Notes: generated by a model from the sequence alone, not told the origin. DNA of 35,804 nucleotides from Chiloscyllium plagiosum (GCF_004010195.1 NC_057759.1:798565-834368), one strand, 5' to 3'; counted from the stretch's first letter, positions 13,093-24,213 are shown. Made by a program: numbers and translations.

Positions 13093-13372
13093 ACGATTTT
13101 CGCAGCCAGTTGTGTTTCTGAATCCATTATATGGGGTGTTTCTGGAACGAGAGACAACATCAGTGAAATGTAACTGTCAATGTCCAGTCACAAGGATACG
13201 CTCTTGCTATAGTCACGATCCCGGCTGCAATGTCATAAATAGTCCTAAAGGACAATATTAGAACCCTTAAACAGAGGTGAATCAAGTTACAAGTGTGAAT
13301 GTTTCTTCGTATTGGCGATTGGAACAGGGAGAAGATCAGGATTGACTGACTCTATTCAGATACACGTCGGAG
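13093..13372 (+). pseudogene. Ig C2-type domain exon 1 (copy B), frameshifted, Cys-rich
   Basis: AG acceptor at 13091-92 and GAG|GTATGT phase-1 donor. Reads FSQPVVFLNPLYGVFLERETTSVKCNCQCPVTRIRSCYSHDPGCNVINSPKG, frameshift near 13250, then RTILEPLNRGESSYKCECFFVLAIGTGRRSGLTDSIQIHVG. Length 280 nt is not a multiple of 3. Confidence 0.75.
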
Positions 13373-13576
13373 GTATGTCATTAAACACACTTCTCCCCTC
13401 TGTTTCTTGTTTGATTTATTGTTACCACATGTATCATGATACGGTGAACAATGATGTTGTGCTTGATATTCAGGCACCTCATGCCATACAAATTGAAGCA
13501 CGCTAGTAGAACAGAGTGTAGAGTACAGTGTTATAGCAACAGTGTAATTGTAGTGTGTGAGAGAGAAAGATAAGAA

Positions 13577-14015
13577 TTAATATTTGAGTGGTCTATTCAG
13601 AAGTCTGATAACAGCAGATAAGAAGATGTTCTTTAATATGGTGCTACTTGCATTCGAACGTTCGTATCTTCTGCCTGATGGAAGCGAGTGTAATTGGAGT
13701 GGGAAGGGTTTGTAATTATGCTTTTGTTTCTGGAGAAGGCGGGAAGTATAGATGGAGTCAATAGATGGAAGATTGGTTTGCATGCTGGCCTAGATTGTTT
13801 TCACGACTCTGTAATTTCTTAAGCAGTTGCCATACCGTGCTGCGATGCATCCTGATAGGATGCTTTCTGTGGTGATCTTTAAACACTGGTAAGCGTGCCT
13901 GTGAAGGTCCCTAATTTCATTGAGGAAGTAGAGCCATTTTTATGTTTTCTTGACTATCGCATCAGCATGGGTGGACCTGGACAGATTGTTGGTGACCATC
14001 ACTGCCAGCAACTTA
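13577..14015 (-). mobile_element. Rex1/Babar-type LINE 3' fragment
   Basis: LPSIDSIYTSR...LPSGRRYE...LKNIFLSAVIRLLN matches the Rex/Babar RT C-terminal LPSGRRY...AIRLLN motif. Confidence 0.75.
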
Positions 14016-14019
14016 AGAC

Positions 14020-14302
14020 TGTGGGCACAGTATTTAGCACTGCTGCCGCACAGTGCCAGAGACCCGAGTTCAATTCCCGCCTCAGGCGACTGACTGTGTG
14101 GAGTTTGCACATTCTCCCCATGTCTGCGTGGGTGTGCTCCGGTTTCCTCCCACAGTCCAAAAATGTTTGGTGAATTGGCCATGCCCGTACTAACCGTAGT
14201 GTTAGGTGTAGGGGAATGGGTCTGGGTGCGTTGCGCTTCAGCAGGTCCGTGTGGACTTGTTGGGTTGAAGGGCCTGTTTCCACACTGTAAGTAATCTAAT
14301 CT
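14020..14302 (+). mobile_element. HE1-type V-SINE
   Basis: tRNA-like head (agcactgctgcc...gagttcaattccc), V-domain tgtgtggagtttgcacattctcccc...ccggtttcctcccacagtccaaa, taatctaatct tail. Confidence 0.9.
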
Positions 14303-15435
14303 CCATAAGTGATCAACGTTAATTTTACAGAGGTTCATGATCACAGTCACAGAAGACAGGCAGTCAGCAACTTTCTGAGAGTTAACTGAGAAGCAGCAAT
14401 TTTCATATAGTGCAATCATTAATGAGGCAAAGGCTGGACATATAATACCGATGCACAGATGTGAACCCTTTCCAGACTCTGGATCCGTTCTGTAGGATGG
14501 AGGTGTGGAGTCAGTGCACTCCAACGTTCCCATGAGCTTGCCTCCTTTGATGGAGGTCTCTAATATTCCTAGGGACTGAAAGTCTTTGTTCTTTCCTGGG
14601 GCTGATGAAGGGGAATTCCTGATCTTCCTCCTCCCTAGAGAGATGGTGTGGCTCTACGCCCTGAATCTTTCCCCTTTCCTCCCCTACTGTCGCTGCTAAT
14701 TTACCTGATTTTGGGAGCTGGCCATCAGTGCTATGCCATTCACCTTTCTTCGCCCTCTCAGTCAATGGCATTGGGACAGTAACTCATGGCTTCTGCTCCT
14801 CCATTCGAAGTTTACTTTTCATTCCTTTTAAGATTAAAACCACATTCTCTTCAATCCATTACACTGATGTTGGAGTAGGAGGTCATTTGATTCAATACTT
14901 TAGCGTTTCTTATGACGTCTCCTCTGTTTTCATACAGAGACTTGTCTACACTTGCACAAGGTTAGTTACTGATGTGACACAGTTAGATAAAATCTGGTTC
15001 TACACAAGAATAAAAAGAATGAAGGATGACTTAACAGAATTTTAAGGTAACTCCCAAATCTCAACACCTGCAAGCCCCTTCAAATATTATTGTTGGAATT
15101 TTGCAAGGGTGCTATTGTATTGTAATATTATTCTGTAATAAAGTTTGAAGCATTTATGTTAACCGACACAGTGCATTTTTTGTGAATAAGGAATAGTATT
15201 TCACTCAAGATCAACCTTATTTTGTCCACTGTGATATAATTTAAATTATTATTAATTGTGTATATGACATTGTTGTCATATGTTTATATATTGGATTTCA
15301 AAATTGTTGTTGTTGAGATCTCTCACTGGACTTCGCAATTGTTTTATTCAGCACCTTCCTCCTTTCAGACGTTTTGATTTAAAAACAAACTTTCAATGTT
15401 TATGCATAAGCCTTTACTTTAAAATGATGTGACAG

Positions 15436-15765
15436 ATCAACTCGCCCAACTGACGATCAAAGTGCTGTCAGGTTCTGGTGCCAATTCAAACAGGGACAAT
15501 GTCGTGATTTCTTGCAAAAGTGAGTTTCGGCCCACAGAAGGAATATTCTACTTGTACAATAGTCGGAGGAAAGATTTTATACAGGATGGTCATGTGACTG
15601 ATCTTGGCGATGCTGCAGCCTTTCCCATCAATGTCCATGAACATGCTTCTGCAGAAAACTACAGTTGTCAATATCAAACAGAGGTTAATGGACGGACCAT
15701 CCTTTCCCCATCCAGCTAATCTGTTGTAGTCACAGAGAAAGGAAAGAAAGATCACACATCAAAAG
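15436..15765 (+). pseudogene. Ig C2-type domain exon 2 (copy B) with in-frame TAA at 15717-15719
   Basis: Phase 1-1 exon (acag|AT ... AAG|GTAGTT), 330 nt: DQLAQLTIKVLSGSGANSNRDNVVISCKSEFRPTEGIFYLYN...AAAFPINVHEHASAENYSCQYQTEVNGRTILSPSS*SVVVTEKGKKDHTSK. Has the B-strand Cys, FxLY in place of the C-strand Trp, AxFPI and NYSC motifs typical of LRC-type domains. Confidence 0.85.
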
Positions 15766-16224
15766 GTAGTTACATTTTCTTGTGACTCAGTCTTCGTCTT
15801 TTATTATAAATAGATACAGGTAGTAGAAACCACTAGCCTAATTTTTATGTGAGTTAAAATTTACAAAATGCCTCTCTAATGATGAATAGCACTTTAGGTT
15901 TTAAGCCTGCATTATGACCAAAATTTAACTTGTTGCAGTTTGTTCAAAGATCTGAGTGTGGGTTTTCAAGCCCTTCTCCTGGCAGGCTTGTACCTGTGAC
16001 TGAATTAGCTGACATCATCTTGATTCACAAACATGCCAGATAACACTGCCATTGTTCAATAGGATGCAACGCCTGTGTTTTGACAGAGCGCTGTCTATGT
16101 ATTGTCAAATACGACAATTTGATCATTCAGAACCCAATTTGCGTCAAACCTTCATACATTGCTTTTGAATTGAACGAATAGATGCTTATTTGTGAATTCA
16201 CCGGTTCAGGTAAAACCTCTACAA

Positions 16225-16840
16225 GATTATCTTGCAGTTTGCAACACTTGCAGTGGCAGGGGAAGGTACCAGGAGTGGGGTGGGTGGAATGGATCTGAAA
16301 AGAAAGGCGCAGAGGAAATGGCCTCTTTGAAACACTGAGAGAAGGAAATGTATACTTAGTGGTCTGTTTGTAGGTGGCAGAAGTGTCAGAGATGGTAGAT
16401 GTGATGTATACGGAGGTTTGTCGGGTGGAAGGTGAGGACCAGAAGGGGTCCTATCTTTGTTGCATTGGGAGAGGTGCGGTTCAAGGGCAGAGGTGCAGAA
16501 AGTGGAGGCGATGTGGTGGAGGGCATCATTGCCCACGAGAGGGGAAATCGCCGAAATTCCACAGCTACCTGGACTACACCTCCTCCCGACGTGCCTCCCT
16601 TAAAAACGTGATTCCTTATTCCCAATTTCTCTGCGTCCGTGGCATCTGTTCCCAGAATGATCAATTCCACCTCAGAAAATTCCAGATGGCCTCCTTCTTC
16701 AAAGAACGCAATTTCACCTCCCACATGATTGACAATGCCCTCCAGTGCATCTGCTCCACTTCCCACACCTCCGCCATTGAACTCTACCCCTCCAGTATAA
16801 CTACTCTGATCTCCAGCATCTGCAGTCCTCATTTTCTCCT
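16225..16840. mobile_element. Two Penelope-like fragments in opposite orientation
   Basis: Minus-strand piece (DALHHIAST...NKDRTP) at about 16225-16540 abuts a plus-strand piece (HSYLDYTSS...IPYSQFL...MASFFKERNF) at about 16545-16840. Confidence 0.85.
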
Positions 16841-17619
16841 TCTAAGGAAAACAACCCCACTTAGTCAAATCTTTCTCCACCATCACTGAAATTCTCCAAC
16901 CGTAAAGCAACATGCTCGCAAATCTCGCTTGTCACCTTTTCCAGTGTGATCACAAACCTCCTAGAATGTGAATTACAGAACTACACACATTATTCTCACT
17001 GTATGTCATAACCAACATTGTACACAGTTCCGGCATAGCAGTTGTAGATCATGATATCAATCAACGATGTTTTATAAAGTATTTCTCCTGGAGGCTGAAG
17101 AGTTGCCTCGTTGGAATTTATCACTTGAAACCTTTATAAATCAGAAGCCAGGATGTGTGTGTGGATCAGTTTGTCTCAGATTGTAACTAATTGGGGATGG
17201 TAGCCGTCCCTTTTAGTGTTCTACAATAAATGATGTTCCTTTGAAGTCAGTTTCCTGAGTCACATGACACCTGCCCATTGCCCATAATCTATTCCACAAT
17301 TGGCAATCAAAGAACCTATCTTGGTCACTCGTCAAGTCAAATCACTCAAATTTAATTGTTCTCCGGGAAGCAGATTTATGAGGAGCTGAGAGAAAAAATC
17401 ACCTCAGTCATGAACGTGTGTACTGTGGTCTTTAAGCTGGATTCTCTAGTCTTAGTGTCTCACACTGTCTGCACTGTTTAGTCCCACAAGATCTCATGTG
17501 CTTCCTCAGTCAATGCTACATTTATCTCAGCTCCAATGAACAAAGGCCCAAACTGTGCAACATTTTCTCACAAGAAGTGATCCCTCCTTCTACTCCCAAA
17601 GCAGATGCAGGAAACCCAG

Positions 17620-18310
17620 AGAAACAAAGGGATCTTGGGGAGCTAGGCCACAGACCGCAGCAAGTGGCAGTACTAGTTAATAAGGTGGTTAAGATGGCAA
17701 ATGAGAAACTTGTCTTTACCAGTGAAAGTATAGATAACAAGAGCTGGGAGGGGCGTATTGATGTGGAGATATACAGGACTTTGGTGAGGCCACAGCTGGA
17801 GCACTGTGTACAGTTCCGGTATCCACATTACAGGAAGGATATAATTGCACCGGAGGTGGTGCAGAGGAGATTCACCAGGCTGCTGCATGAGATGGAGCAT
17901 TTCAGCAATGAAAAGTTACTGGATAAGCTCGGGTTATTTTCTTTGAGCAGAGAATTCTAACAGGTGATCTGACAGATGTGTGTCAGATTATGAGGGGCAT
18001 CGACAGGATGGGTACAAAGCAGCTGTTCCCCTTAGTCAATATGCAGAAGGGCATCATTTTCAAGTGAGAGACTGGAGGTTTAGAGTGGTTAAATGATTTG
18101 TTTACCATCCAGAGATTGTAGATGTCTGATTTGCATTGATTTGGAGACAGGTAACCTCACTATCTTTAAGAAGTACTCAGATGATCACCTGAGCAACATA
18201 ACATTCAAGTGTATGGGCCTAAAGTTGGAACGTGTGTCTAATGCGGCTAACAGTGCGTGTTGTCATAGCACAGGCTTTGTGCGCTGAAGACCTGTTCTGT
18301 ATTGTATGAA
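17620..18310 (+). mobile_element. Degraded CR1 RT/3'UTR fragment
   Basis: QRDLG...LVRPQLEHCVQF...QRRFTRLL...LGLFSL. Confidence 0.85.
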
Positions 18311-18568
18311 ATCTGTGTTCTGCAAATCCCTTCCATCAACCAATTCTGGCAAATCCTAGGCCACCCTTTCCTTGAGTTTTGTGGAGATAGCAGTTGCGTT
18401 CTCACGCTTCCCTTCTGACCCTAACACATCAGCACTCTTTGTAACTGTTTCAAGGTTGGCCATCTCCGCAATGGGCAGGTCAGTGCTCCTCTGCTCCTAC
18501 ATCATTTCTCTCAGTCTGTCGAGCTCCCGAAGACGCAGCAATTTAACTGTGTTCTTCTGCTTGTGTAG

Positions 18569-18679
18569 AACGAGATCAAACTGCTGTAACTTTGGTTAAT
18601 CTCTGCCTCAGTCTCTTTGTGCTCATTGTGATGGTGGTCATCATTGGCAATCATTTTACAATCGGCTTGCCACTGACAG
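18569..18679 (+). pseudogene. Transmembrane exon (copy B), LILR/CHIR-like
   Basis: Acceptor gttcttctgcttgtgtag, donor CAG|GTAAAA, 111 nt, phase 1-1, open: ERDQTAVTLVNLCLSLFVLIVMVVIIGNHFTIGLPLT. Confidence 0.8.
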
Positions 18680-18904
18680 GTAAAATAGCCACTTTGCTTT
18701 GATTTTGAATCTTCGATATTCCCTTACATTTGTTTGTGTTTCTACCTTGGTGTATTCACCATTCCTTTGGCGAGCATTTAGCTGGATGGCTGGTTTGCTA
18801 ACACAGCATGAAGCCAAACCCTACATAGACTGAGGTTACCATGAAGGACTCCTTTCTCTATCGCTTAACTTGGCTGGGGCGTGATGATCCTCAGATGGAA
18901 ATTC

Positions 18905-18931
18905 TCTCTCTCTCTCTTTTCCCAACACTCA

Positions 18932-19028
<97 letters not shown>
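18905..19028. repeat. (CT)n and long (CA)n microsatellite
   Basis: Direct reading; the CA run spans about 18941-19028. Confidence 0.95.
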
Positions 19029-19030
<2 letters not shown>

Positions 19031-19039
19031 CTCCCAGGA

Positions 19040-19460
19040 TCCACTCGGATTATGGCCTGTCCACATGTCTTTTAAATGGTGCAACTGTACCTGCATCTAC
19101 TATTCCTCTGGCAGTTTGTTCCACATATGAACCAACATCTGTGTGCAAATGTTGCCCCTTATGTCCCTTTTTAAATCACTTTTAGCTCTCACCCATGCTG
19201 CTAGTTTTGAACTCGCCCACCCTTGGAAAATGCCATAGCTGTTCAAATATTCATGACCCTCATAATTTTATGCACATTTATAATGTCACCCTTCAAACTT
19301 CTGCTCTCCAGGGAAAGAAGGCCCAGCCTATCTAGCCTCACCTTTTATCTCAAACCCTCCATTCCTGGTAACATCCTTGAAAGTATTTTCTGTATCATCT
19401 CCAATTTATTACTTTCCTTTCTATAGCATGGCGACGATAATTACATTCAGTACTCCAAAA
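19040..19460 (-). mobile_element. Degraded CR1 fragment
   Basis: ccctcataatttta...tcacccttcaaacttctgc...cctggtaacatcctt motifs. Confidence 0.75.
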
Positions 19461-19620
19461 GTTCCCACAGCAACTTCGTAACATCAAAAGTAATCTGTGT
19501 TTGTTTTTTCTCCTATTAAAATTGTCAAGTGTCAGAGCTGCCAGTGAACGCTGTGTAAGGTTTACAGAGTTGGATATATTTTCTCGCTCGTCTGTCTTGT
19601 ACTCAGTTCTGTTCTGCTAG

Positions 19621-19724
19621 ATGAATCCATCCAAGCCTTTTATTTTGCATTCCCTCATCACTCAAGTCAATGTTTGTTCACAAATCCTTCATTGATGAAC
19701 TCATCAGAATATCACCACGATTGA
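19621..19724 (+). pseudogene. Candidate cytoplasmic/terminal exon (copy B)
   Basis: Pyrimidine-rich acceptor ...gttctgttctgctag; phase-1 reading DESIQAFYFAFPHHSSQCLFTNPSLMNSSEYHHD*. No homology support. Confidence 0.25.
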
Positions 19725-20278
19725 ATATTGATGCACAATGGACTGTCGTGCCCAAATGATTTATCAGAATGAATGCAAGAAATCCTCAACAAAACAGAGG
19801 AAAATATGTTGTGCATTTCAACAACTTCTCAAACATGAGTAGCAAACCGAAACAGCACCCCATTGTTCCTCTCTCCAAGGCAACTCTACAGCCAAATTAA
19901 TATCGAGTTTTTTCTCTGAAATGGCCTGGCAAACCACTCATTTCAAAGGCAGTTCGGAATGAGCAATAATTGCTGGCACCAGCAACACCCAGATACCATG
20001 TACTCATTTTCTGAGATCATGCAAAAGGACATGCCGATTCCTCTGCTCTGAAGATTCTGTCCGTTTAGAGAATGTAACCTTTTTCAATCTTACACCAAAA
20101 TGGATAACCTCACACATACCCATGTGAAACTCTGTCTGCCAACTGTTGGTCCATTCACCTTTCACATTCTTCCTCAAGTAAGGGGATCAAAATTCGCACA
20201 CCACAGGATTCAAGGTTCTGGATTAGTGGTGCTGGAAAAGCACAGCAGTTCAAGCAGCATCCGAGGAGCTGTAAAATC

Positions 20279-20306
20279 GACGTTTCGGGCAAAGGCCATT
20301 CATCAG
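20279..20306 (-). ncRNA. Minimal hammerhead ribozyme core in Penelope terminal repeat
   Basis: Reverse complement reads CUGAUGA-auggc cuuu gccc-GAAA-CGUC. Confidence 0.7.
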
Positions 20307-23122
20307 GAATACAGGCAGAGTGCCTAAAGGATAGAAAGATAAATGAGAGGAGGGTGGGGGTGGGGAGAAAGTAGCATAGAGTACAATAGGTGAGTGGGGG
20401 AGGGGATGAAGAAGCTAGGTCAGGGAGGAGGGAGGAGTGGATAGGTGAAAAAGAAGATAGACAGGAAAGACAAGTCATGGGGACAGTGCAGAGAAGAAAG
20501 TTTGGAATGGGGTGAGGTGGGGGAACGGGAAATGCTGAAACTGTTGAAGTCCACATTGATGCACTGGGGTTGAAATGTTTCGAGGCGGAAGATGAGGCGT
20601 TCTTCCTCCAGGTGTCGGGTGGTGAGGGAGCAGCGGTGAAGGAGGCCCAGGACCTCCATGTCCTCGGTACAGTGGGAGGGGAGTTGAAATGTTGGGCCAC
20701 AGGGCGGTGTGGTTGATTGGTGCAGGCGTCCCAGAGATGATCCCTAAAGCACTCTGCTAGGAGGCGTCCAGTCTCCCCAATGTAGAGGAGACTGCATCGG
20801 GAGCAATGGATACAATAAATGATATTGGTGGATGCGGAGGTAAATCTTTGATGGATGTGGAAGGCTCCTTTAGGGCCTTGGATGGAGGTTAGGGAGGAGG
20901 TGTGGGCGCAGGTTTTGCAATTCCTGCGGTGGCAGGGGAAGGTGCCAGGATGGGACGGTGGGTTGTAGGGTGGCGTGGACCTGAACAGGTAGTTATGGAG
21001 GGAACGGTCTTTGCGGAAGGTGGAAAGGAGTGGGGAAGGAAATAAATCCCTGGTGGTGGGTTCTTTTTGGAGATGGCGGAAATGTCGTTGGATGATTTGA
21101 TTTTCGCGAAGTTTGGTAGGGTGGAAGGTGAGCACCAGGGCGTTCTGTCCTTGTTACGGTTGGACGGGTGAAGTCTGAGGGCGGAGGTGCGGGATGTGGA
21201 TGAGATGCGTTGGAGGGCATCTTTAACTACGTGGGAAGGGAAATTGTGGTCTCTAAAGAAGGAGGCCATCTGGTGTGTTCTGTGGTGGAACTAGTCCTCC
21301 TGGGAGCAGATACGGCGGAGGTGGAGGAATTGAGAATACGGGATGGATTTTTGCAGGAGGTAGGATGGAAAGAGGTGTAATCCAGGTAGCTGTGGGAGTC
21401 GGTGGGTTTATTAAAAAATGTCGGTGTTAAGTCGGTCGTCATTAATGGAGATGGAGAGGTCCAGGAAGGGGAGGGAGGTGTCAGAGATGGTCCAGGTAAA
21501 TTTAAGGTCAGGGTGAAATGTGTTGCGGAAGTTTATGAACTGATCAACCTCCTCGCGGGTGCACGAGGTGGCGCCAATGCAGGCATCAACGTAGTGGAGG
21601 AAGAGGTGGGGAGTGGTGCCGGTGTAATTACGGAAGATGGACTGTTCTACGTAGCCAACAAAGAAACAGGCATAGCTGGAGCCCATACGGGTGCCCATTG
21701 CTACCCCTTTGGTCTGGAAAAAGCGGGAGGATTCGAAGGAGAAATTGTTAAGAGTGAGGACCAGTTTGGCCAAACAAATGAGACTATCGGCGGAAGGGTA
21801 CTACTGGGGACATCGGAAGAGAAAGAAACGGCGGGGTTGGAGGCCCTGGTCATGGCGGATGGAGGTGTAGAGAGATTGGATATCCATGGCGAAGATGAGG
21901 CGTTGGGGGCCGGGGAAACGGAAGTCTTGGAGGAGGTGGGGGACGTGGGTGGTGTCCCGAACGTACGTGGGGAGTTCCTGTACTAGGGGGGATAGGACAG
22001 TGTCGAGGACCTTTCCATCTCCATTAATGACGACCGGCTTGACACCAACATTTTTTTTCAAACACACCGACTCTCACAGCTACATGGATTACACTTCTTT
22101 CCACCCTACCTCCTGCAAAAATGCCATCCCGTATTCCCAATTCCTCCGCCTCCACCGTATAACACACCAGATGGCCTCCTTTTTTAGAGACCGCAATTTC
22201 CCTTCCCATGTGGTTAAAGATGCCCTCCAACGCATTTCGTCCACAACCCGCACCTCCGCCCTCAGACTCCACCGCTCCAACCGTAACAAGGACAGAACGC
22301 CCCTAGTGCTCACCTTCCACCCTACCAACCTTCACATAAACCAAATCATTTGCCGACATTTCCGCCACCCCAAACGGACCCCACCACGAGGGATATATTT
22401 CCTTCCCCACCCCTTTCTGCCTTCCGCAAAGACCGTTCCCTCCATGACTACCTGGTCAGCTCCACGCCCCCCTACAACCCACCCTCCCATCCTGGCACCT
22501 TCCACTGCCCCGCAGGAATTGCAAAACCTGGCCCACGCCTCCTCCCTAACCTCTATCCAAGGCCCGAAAGGAGCCTTCCACATCCATCAAAGTTTTACCT
22601 GTACATCCACAGATATCATTTATTGTATCCGTTGCTCCCGATATGGTCTCCTCTACATTGGGGAGATGGGCGCCTCCGAGCAGAGTGCTTTAGGGAACAT
22701 CTCTGGGACACCCGCACCAATCAACCACACTGCCAAAATTTCAACTCCCCCTCCCACTCTGCCAAGGACAGAGGGTCCTGGGCCTCATTCACTGCCGCTC
22801 CCTCACCACCCAATGCCTGGCGGAAGAACGCCTCATATTCCGCCTCGGAACACTTCAACCCCAGGTCATCAATGTGGACTTCAACAGTTTCCTCATTTCC
22901 CCTTCTCCCACCTCAACTTAGTTCCAAGCTTTCAGCTCAGCACTGTCCCCATGACTTATCTTTCCTGCCTATCTTCTTTTCCACCTACCCACTCCACCTT
23001 CCTCCCTGACATATCACCTTCATCCCCTCCCCCACTCACCTCTTGTGCTCTATGCGACTTTCTCCCTACCCCCACCCTCCTCTCATTTATCTCTCCACCC
23101 TTCAGGCAATCTGCCTGTATTC

Positions 23123-23150
23123 CTTATGAAGGGCTTTTGCCCGAAACGTC
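23123..23150 (+). ncRNA. Hammerhead core with mutated catalytic motif (CUUAUGA)
   Basis: cttatga-agggc tttt gccc-gaaa-cgtc; perfect stem II, G-to-U change in the CUGA core. Confidence 0.6.
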
Positions 23151-23587
23151 GATTTTACTGCTCATCGGATGCTGCCTGAACTGCTGTGCCTTTCCAGCGC
23201 CACTAATCCAGAATCTGGTTTCCAGCATCTGCAGGCATTGTTTTTACCGACAGGATTCAAGGTGTTTATATGGCTGGTTAAGTTCAGGTTCCAGTTAATT
23301 GTATCATCGTACTTGGATAACAGGATAATCAGCACTAGTAATGCCCACAGATTGTCTCTGAGCTGACATGGTGTTTTGCTTTGCCACTTAAATAATAGAT
23401 CCCACCCACGCTGAAGTTCTGAAGTAAAGTAGAAGTACACTTTAGTTTCCAATTTATGTCCTCACATTCCTGCTGTTTATGTATATGAATGTCTCCAGTG
23501 ATTAATTGTTTTGACCAGGCTGCTAACATCATCAACGCCCCACTTCTTTGCTTACTCTGGACTGTCCATTTACCCATCTACTTGCAG

Positions 23588-23620
23588 GTTCATGTCATGT
23601 TTCTACCATTATGGTAGATG
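23588..23620 (+). pseudogene. 33-bp signal-peptide mini-exon (copy C)
   Basis: ctacttgcag acceptor, ATG|GTGAAT donor, phase 1-1. Reads xSCHVSTIMVD, sharing H-V-x-x-x-M-x-D with HFHVLVEMQD of exon 11883. Confidence 0.5.
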
Positions 23621-24213
23621 GTGAATGGAACGGACAGCCTTTCAGAATTTAGAAGAGGTAATTCGTCGGCCGGGGGTTGGGGTGGGGGGTGGGGGCGGGA
23701 TGTGAATCTGTGCAACTCCTTGCTGCAGAGTGTATAGAAGCCAAGTCTTTGAGTGTCTTTAAGAGTTAAGAGTGAAGCGTTTTCTCAATTGGTAAGGGGA
23801 TCAAAGGTTACAGGGAGAAGGTCGGAGCATGGGGTTGAGAAGCCTATCAGCTGTCAGCAAAAGGCAGAGCAGACTCAATGAGCCGAATGACGTAATTCTG
23901 CTCCTACATTTAATCGAGTCATGATTATCCATGTAACTCCTTCTCCAATGTAATCTGTTCCACGCTAGATTTGCTGATTTGTTGCATGTTGACTTGTCTT
24001 CCATTTCAAGCCAATCCTTTTTCTGTTGTACAACCACGGGGTATTCTTCTCTCTCCGTGTGTGCAGCTAGATACTAATGTATCAGGGATCCATAACCTGG
24101 GCTCCAATCAGAAGGTACTTTCAAAGTGTTTGCAGGATGCCCACAAGCTAACATTGTAATGTGCTTTCTGTGTTATTATGGTAATACACTGTTCTTCTGT
24201 TAACTTTCTGCAG

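Larger units (their letters stand above)
20217..23249. mobile_element. Penelope-like element with inverted partial duplication (minus arm about 20217-22006 with RT and GIY-YIG; plus arm about 22007-23249)
   Basis: RT motifs (MDIQSLYTSI, GVAMGTRMG, LHYVD, LPFLDL, KPTDSHSYLDY) and GIY-YIG (NIIYCIHC..LYIGETGR). Flanked by the identical 14-bp direct repeat acaggattcaaggt at 20203-20216 and 23250-23263. Confidence 0.92.

Noticed and set aside
14020..14090. tRNA gene
   Set aside because: It is the tRNA-derived head of a V-SINE, not a full cloverleaf.
18841..19185. HTHT-repeat protein ORFs
   Set aside because: Translation of a (CA)n microsatellite.
21886..23298. 470-aa ORF as a novel gene
   Set aside because: It is a chimera of antisense RT and frameshifted Penelope sequence across the inversion junction.
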